The position numbers were made by a program, and so were the translations under genes. This document shows positions 49,919 to 59,621 of a stretch of 64,000 nt of DNA, piece after piece. The DNA lies in NCBI GenBank assembly GCA_963669175.1, contig OY769902.1:1984001-2048000 (forward strand), written 5' to 3'. Position 1 is the first letter of the stretch, and every line of letters begins with the position of its first letter. This DNA is from a bacterium. Lineage in GTDB: Bacteria; Electryoneota; Electryoneia; Electryoneales; Electryoneaceae. The notes below the pieces were generated by a model. It was given only the letters and a program-made list of their open reading frames with translations, searched no databases and was not told where the DNA came from.

Positions 49919-50158
49919 ACAACCCGACTTGCTCATCACCCGCATCCCAGGACGACGCCTCACAAAAGTTGACAGTATTTCAAGAGTATCATGCTACATA
50001 TCCGGCAAATCGGGCCACCCGCCCCAATCCAGGTCTCGCTTTGGTAATTGTTATAGTCCCTACTTTGCCCATCTGACTTCAATATGTCAGGAAGCCAGGT
50101 TTCCACATCAGGTACAGCAACAACATCGACTTCATCAAAGGGCAAAATCGGGCCACCC
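49919..50158 (-). repeat. Two tandem family D long-loop inverted repeat elements
   Basis: 50053-50158 (106 bp) and 49919-50020 (102 bp), each starting GGGTGGCCCGATTT on the minus strand and closing with GCAA(A)GTmGGG. Confidence 0.82.
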
Positions 50159-50194
50159 GCCGCTGGGGATAACAGCATGGGAAAGAGTTACTAT

Positions 50195-50227
50195 AAAAAC
50201 AGGGGCAGTCCGTTTGGCCTGTCCCTG
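50195..50227 (-). terminator. Intrinsic terminator of the minus-strand operon
   Basis: Minus strand: CAGGGACAGGCC-aaac-GGACTGCCCCTG followed by TTTTT. Confidence 0.75.
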
Positions 50228-50275
50228 ATGTATTTCAGGTGTTTTTTCGACTATATGCCGAGTATAAGGACCGGA

Positions 50276-50590
50276 TCAGTCTTCGGTTTGGAATCCGAAC
50301 GTCTTGTCCTGATTCAGTTTGCCCTGCATCTGGATCTCGCCGAACTGTTCTTCGAACTTCTTGATATTTTTCTCCAACGCTGAAAACAGGTTCTTGGCGT
50401 GGATCGGGCTCAAAATGGCGCGAGTCTGTACTTTTGCTTTGGGTGAACCCGGTACGATTCGTGCGAAATCAAGAATGAATTCCGCCGGGGAATGATTGAT
50501 CAACACCAGGTTGGCATAGTGACCATCGGCTACTTCCGGATCAAGCTGAATCTGGATTTGCTGTCTCATCTGCGGTTGTTTTTCTGGCAT
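50276..50590 (-). CDS. DUF3467 family protein
   Basis: G.YANL..I.HSPAEFILDF....PG..KAKV..R.ILSP.HAK. Confidence 0.9.
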   Translation of the reverse strand: MPEKQPQMRQQIQIQLDPEVADGHYANLVLINHSPAEFILDFARIVPGSPKAKVQTRAILSPIHAKNLFSALEKNIKKFEEQFGEIQMQGKLNQDKTFGFQTED

Positions 50591-50647
50591 GATGTCTCCT
50601 CTATCCGTAAAGTTCTATGTATGTCACCAATGTCTGCCGATACAGAC

Positions 50648-51853
50648 TCACTTTGCATCCAGAGATTTCAACAATAGTTCTGTCTTATCGACAACAGGTT
50701 TCAGTTGATCATGCAGTTGTTTCCAATCCATGATCAGGCGCGACTTGATCATCGCAAGGTGGCGCCTGGCTTCCGCCGTTCGTTGTTGAACCATTAAAAC
50801 CATCACCAGTTCCAGGTAGGCCGCAGCGGACTCATCAAGCCGGAGTGAATACTTCAAGGCATGCTCCGCTTCCGTGTAGGCTTCCAGCTTATTCAGAATA
50901 ACGCCACGATAGTACCAGAGTTCCGCTTTATCGGGGTGGTTGAAGATGGCAAGCCGGGTCAGGTGATTCAGTGAATTCAAGTCGCGTGATTGTAAAAGTT
51001 GGTCAAACTGTTGGGCAAAGTCCTTGGAACTGTTGAATGGAAACGCTGGTGTGCGATGCTCGACAATTGTATCTGACGATAGACGTTTCTTCAGAGCGCC
51101 CAGGTATTTGTGTGCACATGTATCCTCGATGGTAGCGTTTCTATCCAGTCGTTCGAAACGGTCCAGCTTGTACTGTATGTCGGTCCGGTCGGCACGTCCA
51201 CGTACCATCTTAACGTCGAAATCCTCACGAGACCGGTTGAAATAGTGGTTCACAACAACCTTTTCGCCGGAAAAGCCGCTATAGGGACCGTAGGAAGGTT
51301 CATACTTTTCATTGACACAATCGAAACCGGGATAATACTGGAACGCATGAGGATACGTACATTTCATGACATACTGGGGATGTACAATGCTTTTGATGTG
51401 ATGGTTCAGGTAATAATGCAGGGGAGTCCGGGTGGTATAAGCCTCGATATGCGGAACTGTCGGGCGAGCCACATGCCCATTTGAACCATACATGGACCAG
51501 TTCATTGCCAGTCCGCCGAAATTCTCGTAGTCGATCAGCAGGGAAGGGATATCCTGTGTTTGCAACGGTACGATAAACTCGTCCAGGTCGATAAAGCCAA
51601 TCCAGCGGCAGGTCTTCCGATTGGTATTGATGCAGTCGTCATAGGCATCCATCTGCCGTTCAATACCCTGGATTTCATGGACAGTTACAATTCCGGCTTC
51701 AATGTAGTGACGAAGGGTTTCCTTGATGGGAATCGCGCTTTCATTGTCATAAATGAAGAAATGCTCCACTCCTGCCAGACGGTGATATTCAACCCATTCA
51801 CGTAAGTACTGATTCTCATCCTTCGCGATTGCGCACAAGGCCAGGTAGAACAT
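50648..51853 (-). CDS. Glycosyltransferase family 92/DUF23-like protein with C-terminal TPR
   Basis: LALCAIAKDE..YLREWVEYH...GVEHFFIYDNES, WIGFIDLDEF, NHYF.RS; AELWYYRG TPR; SD GGGGAGG. Confidence 0.88.
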   Translation of the reverse strand: MFYLALCAIAKDENQYLREWVEYHRLAGVEHFFIYDNESAIPIKETLRHYIEAGIVTVHEIQGIERQMDAYDDCINTNRKTCRWIGFIDLDEFIVPLQTQDIPSLLIDYENFGGLAMNWSMYGSNGHVARPTVPHIEAYTTRTPLHYYLNHHIKSIVHPQYVMKCTYPHAFQYYPGFDCVNEKYEPSYGPYSGFSGEKVVVNHYFNRSREDFDVKMVRGRADRTDIQYKLDRFERLDRNATIEDTCAHKYLGALKKRLSSDTIVEHRTPAFPFNSSKDFAQQFDQLLQSRDLNSLNHLTRLAIFNHPDKAELWYYRGVILNKLEAYTEAEHALKYSLRLDESAAAYLELVMVLMVQQRTAEARRHLAMIKSRLIMDWKQLHDQLKPVVDKTELLLKSLDAK

Positions 51854-51869
51854 GCTGTTCCCTCCCCAT

Positions 51870-52922
51870 TCAGGGCATTTGTGGCGGTTTGAGCTGTTTT
51901 GCCGCCAGTTGCCCACAAGCAGCAGCGACATCACGTCCACGGCTGGTTCGAAGAATTACAGTGCGTCCCAGACGGATCAGTTCGGACGCTAATGCTTCCA
52001 TTTTTTCTTCACGCGGTCGTTTCCACCCCGCATAGGTTTCGTTATAACGTAGCAGGTTAATCTTTACGGGCAGATTCCCAATCCATCGATGAAGCGCCCT
52101 GGCATCATCCAGGGAGTCATTCAATCCCTCGGCAACCAACAGGGCAATGGTGATGCGGTTTCGAGTCTGTGCTGCATATTCGGTCAATGCAGCATGGTTC
52201 TCCGCAAGACAGAATTTTCCGGCAATCGGAAGCAATTCACGTCGCTTGTTGTCGTGCGGTGACCCAATCGAAAATACCAGCTTGGGCGGGTATTCCTCCT
52301 GTGCCAGTTTTCGAATCTGGGCCGGTAGACCTACCGTGGAGATGGTGACTTTACGGTGTGACAGGCCGATACCGTCCGGATCGGTCAGGATACGCCATGC
52401 TTGCATGACATTGTTCACATTGGCAAGCGGCTCGCCCATGCCCATGAAGACAATATTCCCGATACGTTCTTCGGTCTGCTGCTGGGATACGATATAGCTG
52501 GCGATGATTTCCGTGGCGGTCAGGTTTCGTGAAAACCCAAGCCTGCCTGTTTCGCAAAAGGCACATTGATAGGCACAACCGACCTGGCTGGAGACGCATA
52601 ATGTGCTGCGATCCTCGGTAGGGATGTAGACTGTCTCGATACGAGCGCCGTCTGGATATTCGAACAGAAACTTGGTCGCCGAGTCTTTGTCCTCGCCATG
52701 CACCTTTTCCACCAAACGAGGAATGGTAATGACAAAATGTTCTTTCAACTGTTGCCGCAAATCTTTGGCAAGGTCGGTCATCTCGTCGAAATTTGTAACA
52801 AGTCGCCGGTACATCCAGGCATGAATCTGACGGCCATGGAATGGCTTCTTCCCAAGTGAAACCATGAGCTGTTCCAGCTCCTGGCGGGAAAGAGAAAGCA
52901 GGTTTACGGGTTGAGTAGACAT
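51870..52922 (-). CDS. rlmN: 23S rRNA/tRNA m2A methyltransferase RlmN
   Basis: CVSSQVGCAYQCAFC, FMGMGEPL, AACGQL. Confidence 0.96.
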   Translation of the reverse strand: MSTQPVNLLSLSRQELEQLMVSLGKKPFHGRQIHAWMYRRLVTNFDEMTDLAKDLRQQLKEHFVITIPRLVEKVHGEDKDSATKFLFEYPDGARIETVYIPTEDRSTLCVSSQVGCAYQCAFCETGRLGFSRNLTATEIIASYIVSQQQTEERIGNIVFMGMGEPLANVNNVMQAWRILTDPDGIGLSHRKVTISTVGLPAQIRKLAQEEYPPKLVFSIGSPHDNKRRELLPIAGKFCLAENHAALTEYAAQTRNRITIALLVAEGLNDSLDDARALHRWIGNLPVKINLLRYNETYAGWKRPREEKMEALASELIRLGRTVILRTSRGRDVAAACGQLAAKQLKPPQMP

Positions 52923-52990
52923 GGAGAGAAGCTACGTGTTCCTGATACAATGAGCAATACTGATTTATTGGATCTGTCCACAGGGTGGTA

Positions 52991-53881
52991 TTAACGAATT
53001 GGCATCACGAGACGCAGCCCGATCTCAGGATTTTCGGGTGATCCCAGTACCGCGGGTTCCAGCCTTGGTGCGCCGGGAGAAAAATGGAAATCCAACTGCG
53101 CTGAAACATAGACCACTGCCGAAACAATGCCCCAGGTCCAACTACGCTGATACCAGGTATTGTATTTCTCGTAGCGTTCCTGGAAAAGATCTGGACGGCT
53201 GGTTTCCATGTAACGATCACGGGCGTTTTCGGTTTCCATCAGGGAGTACACCAGCATGGATACGCTCGCAGATTGCAGTACAAACCATGTCGTACCACGC
53301 AAGCGTCGTTTTTCCATCCAGAAACCGGAACCGGGAATGATCATGTTCGCAGCGCCCGCCATTCCTCTGGCCACGGGTTCTTTCTGGATCATGATTGTCG
53401 GAGTTGTTGACGTTTCCTGATCAAGCTTAAACAGGGTTGCCATATACTCGATTCGCACTTCTTCAAACGCCTGGTACACTCGCGGGGGGACATACACCGG
53501 GTCCAGCATAAGGGAGGGACGCAGTTCCAGGGCTTTGTGGAAATCGACCGCTGCTTCCTGGTCGCGCGAAGTCAACACTTCAACAAAACCAAGGTACAAG
53601 TACGCTGCCAACTGGTCGTTCTCGGATGCGTCAGTGGCACTACGGAGGATGCGGAGGGCTTCAATTTCAACATGTTCAAATTCGCCCTGGGTAAACAGAT
53701 CATCGAGGCGTGGGTTCAGTGATGCCGGTTGAACGACCTGGGCATGGCTGATACCCGTCATTGCACAGAGCAGCATGCAAATGGTATAGAGGTGAATCCA
53801 TGAGGCGGAACGAACGGAGCAGCGCCGGAAGGCGTCCGGAATACCCCGTACGACCGCAGGACAAAACCTATGTCTCTGCAT
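52991..53881 (-). CDS. TPR-containing exported/membrane protein (DUF5683-like C-terminus)
   Basis: AYLYLG...FHKALELRP...LDP..VPP TPR; IIPGSG motif followed by hydrophobic helices; start uncertain. Confidence 0.78.
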   Translation of the reverse strand: MQRHRFCPAVVRGIPDAFRRCSVRSASWIHLYTICMLLCAMTGISHAQVVQPASLNPRLDDLFTQGEFEHVEIEALRILRSATDASENDQLAAYLYLGFVEVLTSRDQEAAVDFHKALELRPSLMLDPVYVPPRVYQAFEEVRIEYMATLFKLDQETSTTPTIMIQKEPVARGMAGAANMIIPGSGFWMEKRRLRGTTWFVLQSASVSMLVYSLMETENARDRYMETSRPDLFQERYEKYNTWYQRSWTWGIVSAVVYVSAQLDFHFSPGAPRLEPAVLGSPENPEIGLRLVMPIR

Positions 53882-53883
53882 CG

Positions 53884-55176
53884 TTATGGTATCCGGACGA
53901 GTTTTACTATCGCTTGTTTGTTGTGTTGACTCGCTTTAAGGAAGTAGACACCGGCCGGGGCCGCGCCGTTCCTCAACTGGCCGTCCCAGGCGAAACCACC
54001 ACGAATCTGGCGTGGTGTCAATGTCCAGGAACTGACCTGTTGGCCTAATGTATTGTACAATACCAGGTCAACTGTTTCTGTTACGCCAAAGCCGGAAAGA
54101 TCGACTCGAACTCCACCGTTGAATGGGTTCGGCCAGGCATTCAGCGAAGGCGATGAGGGTAACTCAACACTGTTGTCACGATAATCTGTTCGAACATCAA
54201 TGTCATTATGTATGATGAGAACCTGGTTTGTCTGGTACCGGGTAATGCCGTCCTGGGTCCATGATCCGCCCGCAACGACAATAGTACTGCTGGAATCACG
54301 CGGATACGAAACCATGGAATGAAACGCCCTGGGGAAGGGGAGGGATACCGGGAATTCGGTCCATGTCCCCGATGTGTCCAGGGTCAGGAACGCTTCCGTT
54401 TCTGTATAAGAAGACATGCCACCACTGATCAGGATTTTTTCTTCATTGTCTATTATAATATTGGTGTATCCCATGCCACCCAGCGGATTAGATAACCGGG
54501 TCTGTTCAACCCAGCCGCTGTCCGGGCAGAAAATTCTGGTTTTCCATTGCGGGCCGAAATAAAATCCACCATAAACATACAAGGTGTTATTCAATACACT
54601 GACACCATGATTGGTCAAGGGTTCCGCCAGGGGTAAAAGCCCCGGCTCGACCATAATAGATGTTCCCGTGGTATCAGGAATAAGTTTGACTACTTCGCTG
54701 GTATACTGATCAGCTCCGAGGTAACCTCCCAGAACATAGAGTGAATCGTTATATACGACAGCCTTGGCGCCTTCGCGTGCTGGATCAAGAGAATCCGCAA
54801 ACACCCAGAAATTGCGCCCCGGCCACCAGACTTCAATATTTTTGATGTAACCACCAGCGATTTCCGTACGACCACCGATGACATAAATCTTTCCCTGGTA
54901 AGCGGCTGCCGTTGCGCCGATACGTGGTAACAGCATCGGTGGCGCCGGTTCGAGCCACATCTCGGCTTCCAGGTCATACCGTAAAACGTCATCGGTAGCG
55001 CGAGTGATGTCGCCGACCTGTTCATTGCCGCCGATAAAATAAGCGATTCCATCCATTACCACGGTTGCCATCCGGTCGCGTGGGGTCGGCAAGGTGTCCG
55101 CTTCGATAACGGTCCACTCTGCGAAAGCAGAAGTTCCGAGCAACCAGAATGTGAGGATGTAAATCAGCTTCTTCAT
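53884..55176 (-). CDS. Secreted Kelch-repeat beta-propeller with T9SS-type CTD
   Basis: Signal MKKLIYILTFWLLGTSAFA; six Kelch units (IYVIGG, LYVLGG, LYVYGG and others); AWPNPFNG...YNTLGQ...WDG...AGVYF. Confidence 0.9.
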   Translation of the reverse strand: MKKLIYILTFWLLGTSAFAEWTVIEADTLPTPRDRMATVVMDGIAYFIGGNEQVGDITRATDDVLRYDLEAEMWLEPAPPMLLPRIGATAAAYQGKIYVIGGRTEIAGGYIKNIEVWWPGRNFWVFADSLDPAREGAKAVVYNDSLYVLGGYLGADQYTSEVVKLIPDTTGTSIMVEPGLLPLAEPLTNHGVSVLNNTLYVYGGFYFGPQWKTRIFCPDSGWVEQTRLSNPLGGMGYTNIIIDNEEKILISGGMSSYTETEAFLTLDTSGTWTEFPVSLPFPRAFHSMVSYPRDSSSTIVVAGGSWTQDGITRYQTNQVLIIHNDIDVRTDYRDNSVELPSSPSLNAWPNPFNGGVRVDLSGFGVTETVDLVLYNTLGQQVSSWTLTPRQIRGGFAWDGQLRNGAAPAGVYFLKASQHNKQAIVKLVRIP

Positions 55177-55201
55177 GGTACCTGTTGTGTTCATGACTTG
55201 A

Positions 55202-56872
55202 CTACTCCTCCGTAGCCGCAAATGCCGTGCCTTCCGCTCGGATGTCGACAGAAATCTCCAGGGTGTCGCCAGCCAGAATGGTGAAATCACGTTTGACTTC
55301 TCCGAATTCGGGGTGAGTCAACCGAAGTCTGTGCCTGCCCGGAGCCAGGAAAGTGTTACGGAAAGCCGGTGTATCGCCAACATGAGCATCATCAAGGAAT
55401 ACCTTGGCCCAGGGGACAACGATGACCTCCAGGTTGGCTAATTCCTTGAGTAAGTCAATGTTGAGTAGCGTTGTATCTTGTGAATAAACAAGAGTATCTA
55501 TGTTGATGGAAGGGAATCCTGGATTACTCAACGTGATCCGCTTCCGTCCCGCGTCCAGTTTCTGAGGGGGTAAACTTGGGGTAGAGCCGATACGATCATC
55601 ATTTACATAGACTTCAGCCCAGGGGCGAGTGCGAACAATGAGCACACCTGTTCCGGAAGTGTCCGGCAGGGAGGCGGCCTGTTGTTGTGTGCGGACAGGC
55701 GCCTCCGGAGGTACAGACGATGATCCGGCGCCCTCGTTCTGCTTGGGTCTTTCAGGATCGCCACCTGCGTCTGGCGTGCGCACCTGTGGGAGTGTAGAGC
55801 TTGTATTCGGGTTGGTGGTGTCGCGCTTCAGGTCCGTCAAGCTGTCTTTATCGTCGCTCGGACCCTTGTTGTCATTCTTCGAGATCACCAGCCCCGGTGG
55901 ATCAATCCGTTTCTGCCCAAGATTGATCATCTGGTAGCCTACAATCACCAGGATGCCGACCACCAACCCAGTGATGATGGCAGGCAGAATCCGTGCAGGT
56001 ATGGTAAGCCCACCCGGCGGTTGCGATTCGGGGATAACGGTTTCTGAGGGGATCTCCGACACCGGCTTGATCTTGTCCAGCGACCGGATGGCTTCGCTTA
56101 CATCTTCAAAACGACTTTCCGGTTCTTTCTCCAATAACCTGTCAACCCAGGGAGAAAAGCCTTTGGGGAGGTCACTGACAAGGCTGTCCAGAGGAGGAGC
56201 CGGTTGAGTTCTGACACGTTTGAGTGTGCTGATCAGATCTTTGTCACGGAACAGAGTCTTCGCCGTGAGCGCTTCATAGAGTAGCACACCAAGCGCGAAC
56301 TGGTCTGCACGGTGATCCACATCCTTGCCGCTAGCCTGTTCCGGCGCGAGGTAGCCGGGGGTGCCGACAACAGAACCGGGTAAGGTATAGCGTGGGTCAA
56401 ATGCCCCGGTAGCAAGTCCGAAATCGGTAATACGTGCAATCCCGCCCGCTGCAATACGCACATTCGCCGGGCTGAGGTCACGGTGTGTCACGCCAGCTTC
56501 ATGAATGGCTGCCAACCCGGCCAGCAGGTCTTTTGCCAGTCGCAGCACACGTTCGAAGGGAAGGGCGCCTTCACGTTCCAGCAAGGTTTCCAGGTCCTCG
56601 CCCTCGATCCATTCTATCGCAACGTAGGGGCGTCCTTCAGCTTCTCCGACACCGTAGATCCGCGCGGCGTTCGGGTGATCAACCGCTGCGCCAAGCCGGG
56701 CCTCACGTTTCAAACGGCCGGCCATTTCTTCGTCATTCTCATGCTCGGGGTTCAGCCATTTTACGAGCGTACGACGCCCCAGTACACGGTGACGTGCTTC
56801 GTACACCGTGACCCAGGGGCCGCGCCGCATTTCGCGGATAATCTCGTAGTCTGCGCCAATCCTTCCGGGCAT
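55202..56872 (-). CDS. Membrane Ser/Thr (Hanks) protein kinase with C-terminal PEGA domains
   Basis: VK, REA, HRDLSPAN, DFG, GTPGYLAPE; one TM; two PWAxVxxDxxxxGxTP PEGA repeats. Confidence 0.93.
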   Translation of the reverse strand: MPGRIGADYEIIREMRRGPWVTVYEARHRVLGRRTLVKWLNPEHENDEEMAGRLKREARLGAAVDHPNAARIYGVGEAEGRPYVAIEWIEGEDLETLLEREGALPFERVLRLAKDLLAGLAAIHEAGVTHRDLSPANVRIAAGGIARITDFGLATGAFDPRYTLPGSVVGTPGYLAPEQASGKDVDHRADQFALGVLLYEALTAKTLFRDKDLISTLKRVRTQPAPPLDSLVSDLPKGFSPWVDRLLEKEPESRFEDVSEAIRSLDKIKPVSEIPSETVIPESQPPGGLTIPARILPAIITGLVVGILVIVGYQMINLGQKRIDPPGLVISKNDNKGPSDDKDSLTDLKRDTTNPNTSSTLPQVRTPDAGGDPERPKQNEGAGSSSVPPEAPVRTQQQAASLPDTSGTGVLIVRTRPWAEVYVNDDRIGSTPSLPPQKLDAGRKRITLSNPGFPSINIDTLVYSQDTTLLNIDLLKELANLEVIVVPWAKVFLDDAHVGDTPAFRNTFLAPGRHRLRLTHPEFGEVKRDFTILAGDTLEISVDIRAEGTAFAATEE

Positions 56873-56883
56873 AACTCTCTTCT

Positions 56884-57035
56884 TAAAGTTTGAAAGTTAG
56901 AAAGTTACAAAGTTCTAAAGTTATTTGTTAGTAAAAAAATGTAAAGAAAGTCATTGGTAGTGATATAGTATCATTCATAGTCAATAGTAATTAGGTTATA
57001 GCAATTCCTAATTCCTAATTCCTAATTCCTAATTA
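56884..57035. repeat. Tandem 8-mer (AAAGTTnn x5) and 7-mer (AATTCCT x4) arrays
   Basis: taaagtt tgaaagtt agaaagtt acaaagtt ctaaagtt; aattcct x4 at 57003-57030. Confidence 0.8.
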
Positions 57036-58532
57036 GACATCCATTCCTTCGTCTTTCCACTCTTTGATCAGGTTTTGCAGGTATCGTCGGCTGATCCCGA
57101 GAATACGTGCAGTTTCACTCCGGTTGCCCTGGGTTTCACCGAGAACACGCAGGATATGGCGTTTTTCAGCGGCTTTCAGGGACAGGTCTTCCGGGCCTTC
57201 ATCGCCATCCGCGGTACGGGTGAAGATCAGGTGATCCGGGGTGATGGTCGTTCCCTGGCAAAGGACCACGGCACGTTCCACAGTACGTTCCAATTCACGA
57301 ACATTGCCGGGCCATTTGGCGCGTGTCAGTTCTGAAAGCGCCTCCTTGCTGAAACGTATATGCCCACGTCCGATCTGTTCACAATAACGACGCAGGACTT
57401 TCTCCGCGATCAGGGCGATATCTTCACGGCGTTCACGTAGCGGCGGCACGATGATCTCGATACCGTTGATACGGTAATAGAGGTCTTCACGGAACATGTT
57501 TTCCTTGACCGCCATGGCGAGATCCTGGTGTGTGGCCGAGACGATCCGGACATCGGCATGCAGTGTCTTGGTGCCACCCACGGGTTTGTACATACCGTCC
57601 TGGAGAACCCTGAGAAGCTTGGCCTGTATGCGCATGGGGATATCTGCAATTTCATCCAGCATCAGGGTGCCGCCATTGGCAAGCGTAAGCAGGCCATCCT
57701 TTTCCTGATATGCTCCGGTGAATGATCCCTTTGCATGCCCGAACAATTCACTTTCCAGCAGTTCTTCACCAAGGTTCCCCGCAAATAACGCCAGGAAAGG
57801 CTTGCTGGTTCTGGGGCCGTGATTATGGATAGCACGCGCGATCAGTTCTTTACCGGTGCCCGATTCACCGTGAATCAGGACGGGTAGATCGGTTGGTGCG
57901 ACACGTTCCATCAGGGCGAAAACCTGTTCCATGGCCTTCGAAGTGCCGATGATCTCTTCAAAGGCAAAACGTCCGGCCTGGCGGCGCAAGCGAACATTTT
58001 CACTATGCAATGTCGCGAGTGTTTGTGCCTGGTCAATCGTCTGGGCGGCCAATGCGCCAAACAGGGAAAGGATACTCTTGGATTGATCCGAGAAGGCGTT
58101 TTCACCGAGACGCGAGTCCATGTAGAGCGCGCCGATAATCTCTTCGCCCAGTTTCAGGGGAGTAACGCCTACCGAACGGATATCATGCATGATGATGGAG
58201 GTGGAACCTGCGAAGCGTGGATCCTGCCGTGCATCTTCGGCCACCACAGGTTCGCCTTTGTCGATGGCTTCCTGCAACGCTGTCCGGCTGGCTTCACCCA
58301 GTTCACTGACCCGTGTGTCCATCAAGCGTGATGCCTGAGGGGTGAACTTGCCATCTTCACCCTTGAGCATCAGGAAACCACGTTCTGCCCCGAATGATTC
58401 CAGCATGCCATCCAGCAAAGCTTCCATCAAGCTCTTGGGATCACGGTTTGTTGCCAGCTCCCGGCCAATCTTTAAAAGTCCGGCCAGCAGAATTTCCTGC
58501 CTGCTGGTTGCGGTTTTTGAATCCTGAGTCAT
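57033..58532 (-). CDS. Sigma54-dependent activator (GAF-AAA+-Fis HTH)
   Basis: GESGTGKE, ESELFGH..GSFTGA, LDEI, FREDLYYR, WPGNVREL; N-terminal GAF, no REC. Confidence 0.95.
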   Translation of the reverse strand: MTQDSKTATSRQEILLAGLLKIGRELATNRDPKSLMEALLDGMLESFGAERGFLMLKGEDGKFTPQASRLMDTRVSELGEASRTALQEAIDKGEPVVAEDARQDPRFAGSTSIIMHDIRSVGVTPLKLGEEIIGALYMDSRLGENAFSDQSKSILSLFGALAAQTIDQAQTLATLHSENVRLRRQAGRFAFEEIIGTSKAMEQVFALMERVAPTDLPVLIHGESGTGKELIARAIHNHGPRTSKPFLALFAGNLGEELLESELFGHAKGSFTGAYQEKDGLLTLANGGTLMLDEIADIPMRIQAKLLRVLQDGMYKPVGGTKTLHADVRIVSATHQDLAMAVKENMFREDLYYRINGIEIIVPPLRERREDIALIAEKVLRRYCEQIGRGHIRFSKEALSELTRAKWPGNVRELERTVERAVVLCQGTTITPDHLIFTRTADGDEGPEDLSLKAAEKRHILRVLGETQGNRSETARILGISRRYLQNLIKEWKDEGMDV

Positions 58533-58582
58533 GTAATCCGAATCTCCAACGTTACTCGCTCTTTCTTACAACTTTGCAACGG

Positions 58583-59446
58583 TTACAACCTTTTGATCTC
58601 AACCGGGTCCGGGCCGGGATCTTGTCTTTGCCGGTACATCATGCTTTCCCCAACGAAGAAGATATAGCTCGCACTCCGGGCCATATTGCCGAAACTGTCA
58701 TACGTTTCAACATGCCATAAGTATTGTCCGTCTTCCAGAACTCGATTTATCGTGACCGAATCCACAAGAACAGTATCACCGGGGCTGATCACCCTGGGAA
58801 TGTCCGTATCTGAGAAACAGGTAATGGTATCCGTCGAGGTAATCTGCCGAACCTGTACTTTGTAGGTGATATTATAATCCGACTGGTATTGTTGCCACAC
58901 CAGGGTCGGAGGGTTTTGCGAATCAGGTAAAACAATTGATGTTGGGTAGACCGGTGACGGAATCTGATCCAGCAGACGTGTCAACGTAGCCTGGTCGCTG
59001 GTTGTAACATGCCCCAGGGAATCATAGACGATAAATCGGAAGGGCACACCGATCATATTTTGCAGGGATACCTGGAATTCATCATTGGAATTGAACTGGA
59101 ACAGGTACCAGGGTTCACTGTAATTCACAATTCTGCGTAACGAATCGCCTATCTCAAGATATACACGCGCGATTTTGTCCGAATCACTGATCAGGGCTTT
59201 GGCCATGGCTTCACGATACGGCGACTCTTCCTGTGAGGGGCGAATGAACGAAGTCGTGATCGAAAAGGAAAAGAATTGGGCAGGATGATCCGGCTCAATC
59301 GGCGGAATATAGTAATCACTTTCCGGGTCTAATGGATTGTCCCGAGGGGCATCACATCCCGTAAAAGCCAGCAACAGCATCAAGGATGCTGCAATACCAA
59401 TTCCGAAGCCGTACCGTAACATGTTATTCCGCACCCGTTGATCCAC
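58583..59446 (-). CDS. Lipoprotein of unknown function (Ig/FN3-like)
   Basis: Lipobox FTG|C followed by DAPRDNPLDP; beta-rich C-terminus. Confidence 0.8.
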   Translation of the reverse strand: MDQRVRNNMLRYGFGIGIAASLMLLLAFTGCDAPRDNPLDPESDYYIPPIEPDHPAQFFSFSITTSFIRPSQEESPYREAMAKALISDSDKIARVYLEIGDSLRRIVNYSEPWYLFQFNSNDEFQVSLQNMIGVPFRFIVYDSLGHVTTSDQATLTRLLDQIPSPVYPTSIVLPDSQNPPTLVWQQYQSDYNITYKVQVRQITSTDTITCFSDTDIPRVISPGDTVLVDSVTINRVLEDGQYLWHVETYDSFGNMARSASYIFFVGESMMYRQRQDPGPDPVEIKRL

Positions 59447-59468
59447 CTGCGGCGATCAAGATGTGCAT

Positions 59469-59497
59469 ATAATACGCACCTTCTGAAAGAGTAGCAA
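59469..59497 (-). promoter_or_regulatory. Sigma70-type promoter for the lipoprotein-activator-kinase cluster
   Basis: Minus strand TTGCTA-17 bp-TATTAT. Confidence 0.55.
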
Positions 59498-59621
59498 GTG
59501 ATGTTGAGATGATAAGGCAGAATCATTAAAAATTTATGCGAAAACAGGTGTTTCAGGAGCAGAGACAGGAGAGACATGAACACGGCATATTACAACAAAA
59601 TCATGGATGTGTGAATCTGAA

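Noticed and set aside
49919-50158. Integron attC sites or CRISPR array
   Set aside because: No RYYYAAC/GTTRRRY boxes enclosing the hairpins, no cassettes or integrase; only two units and no cas genes
49960-50178. 72-aa ORF as a RiPP precursor with repeated GGPI
   Set aside because: The repetition is explained by the DNA repeat; most differences from the 37.7-kb copy are non-synonymous; no maturases nearby
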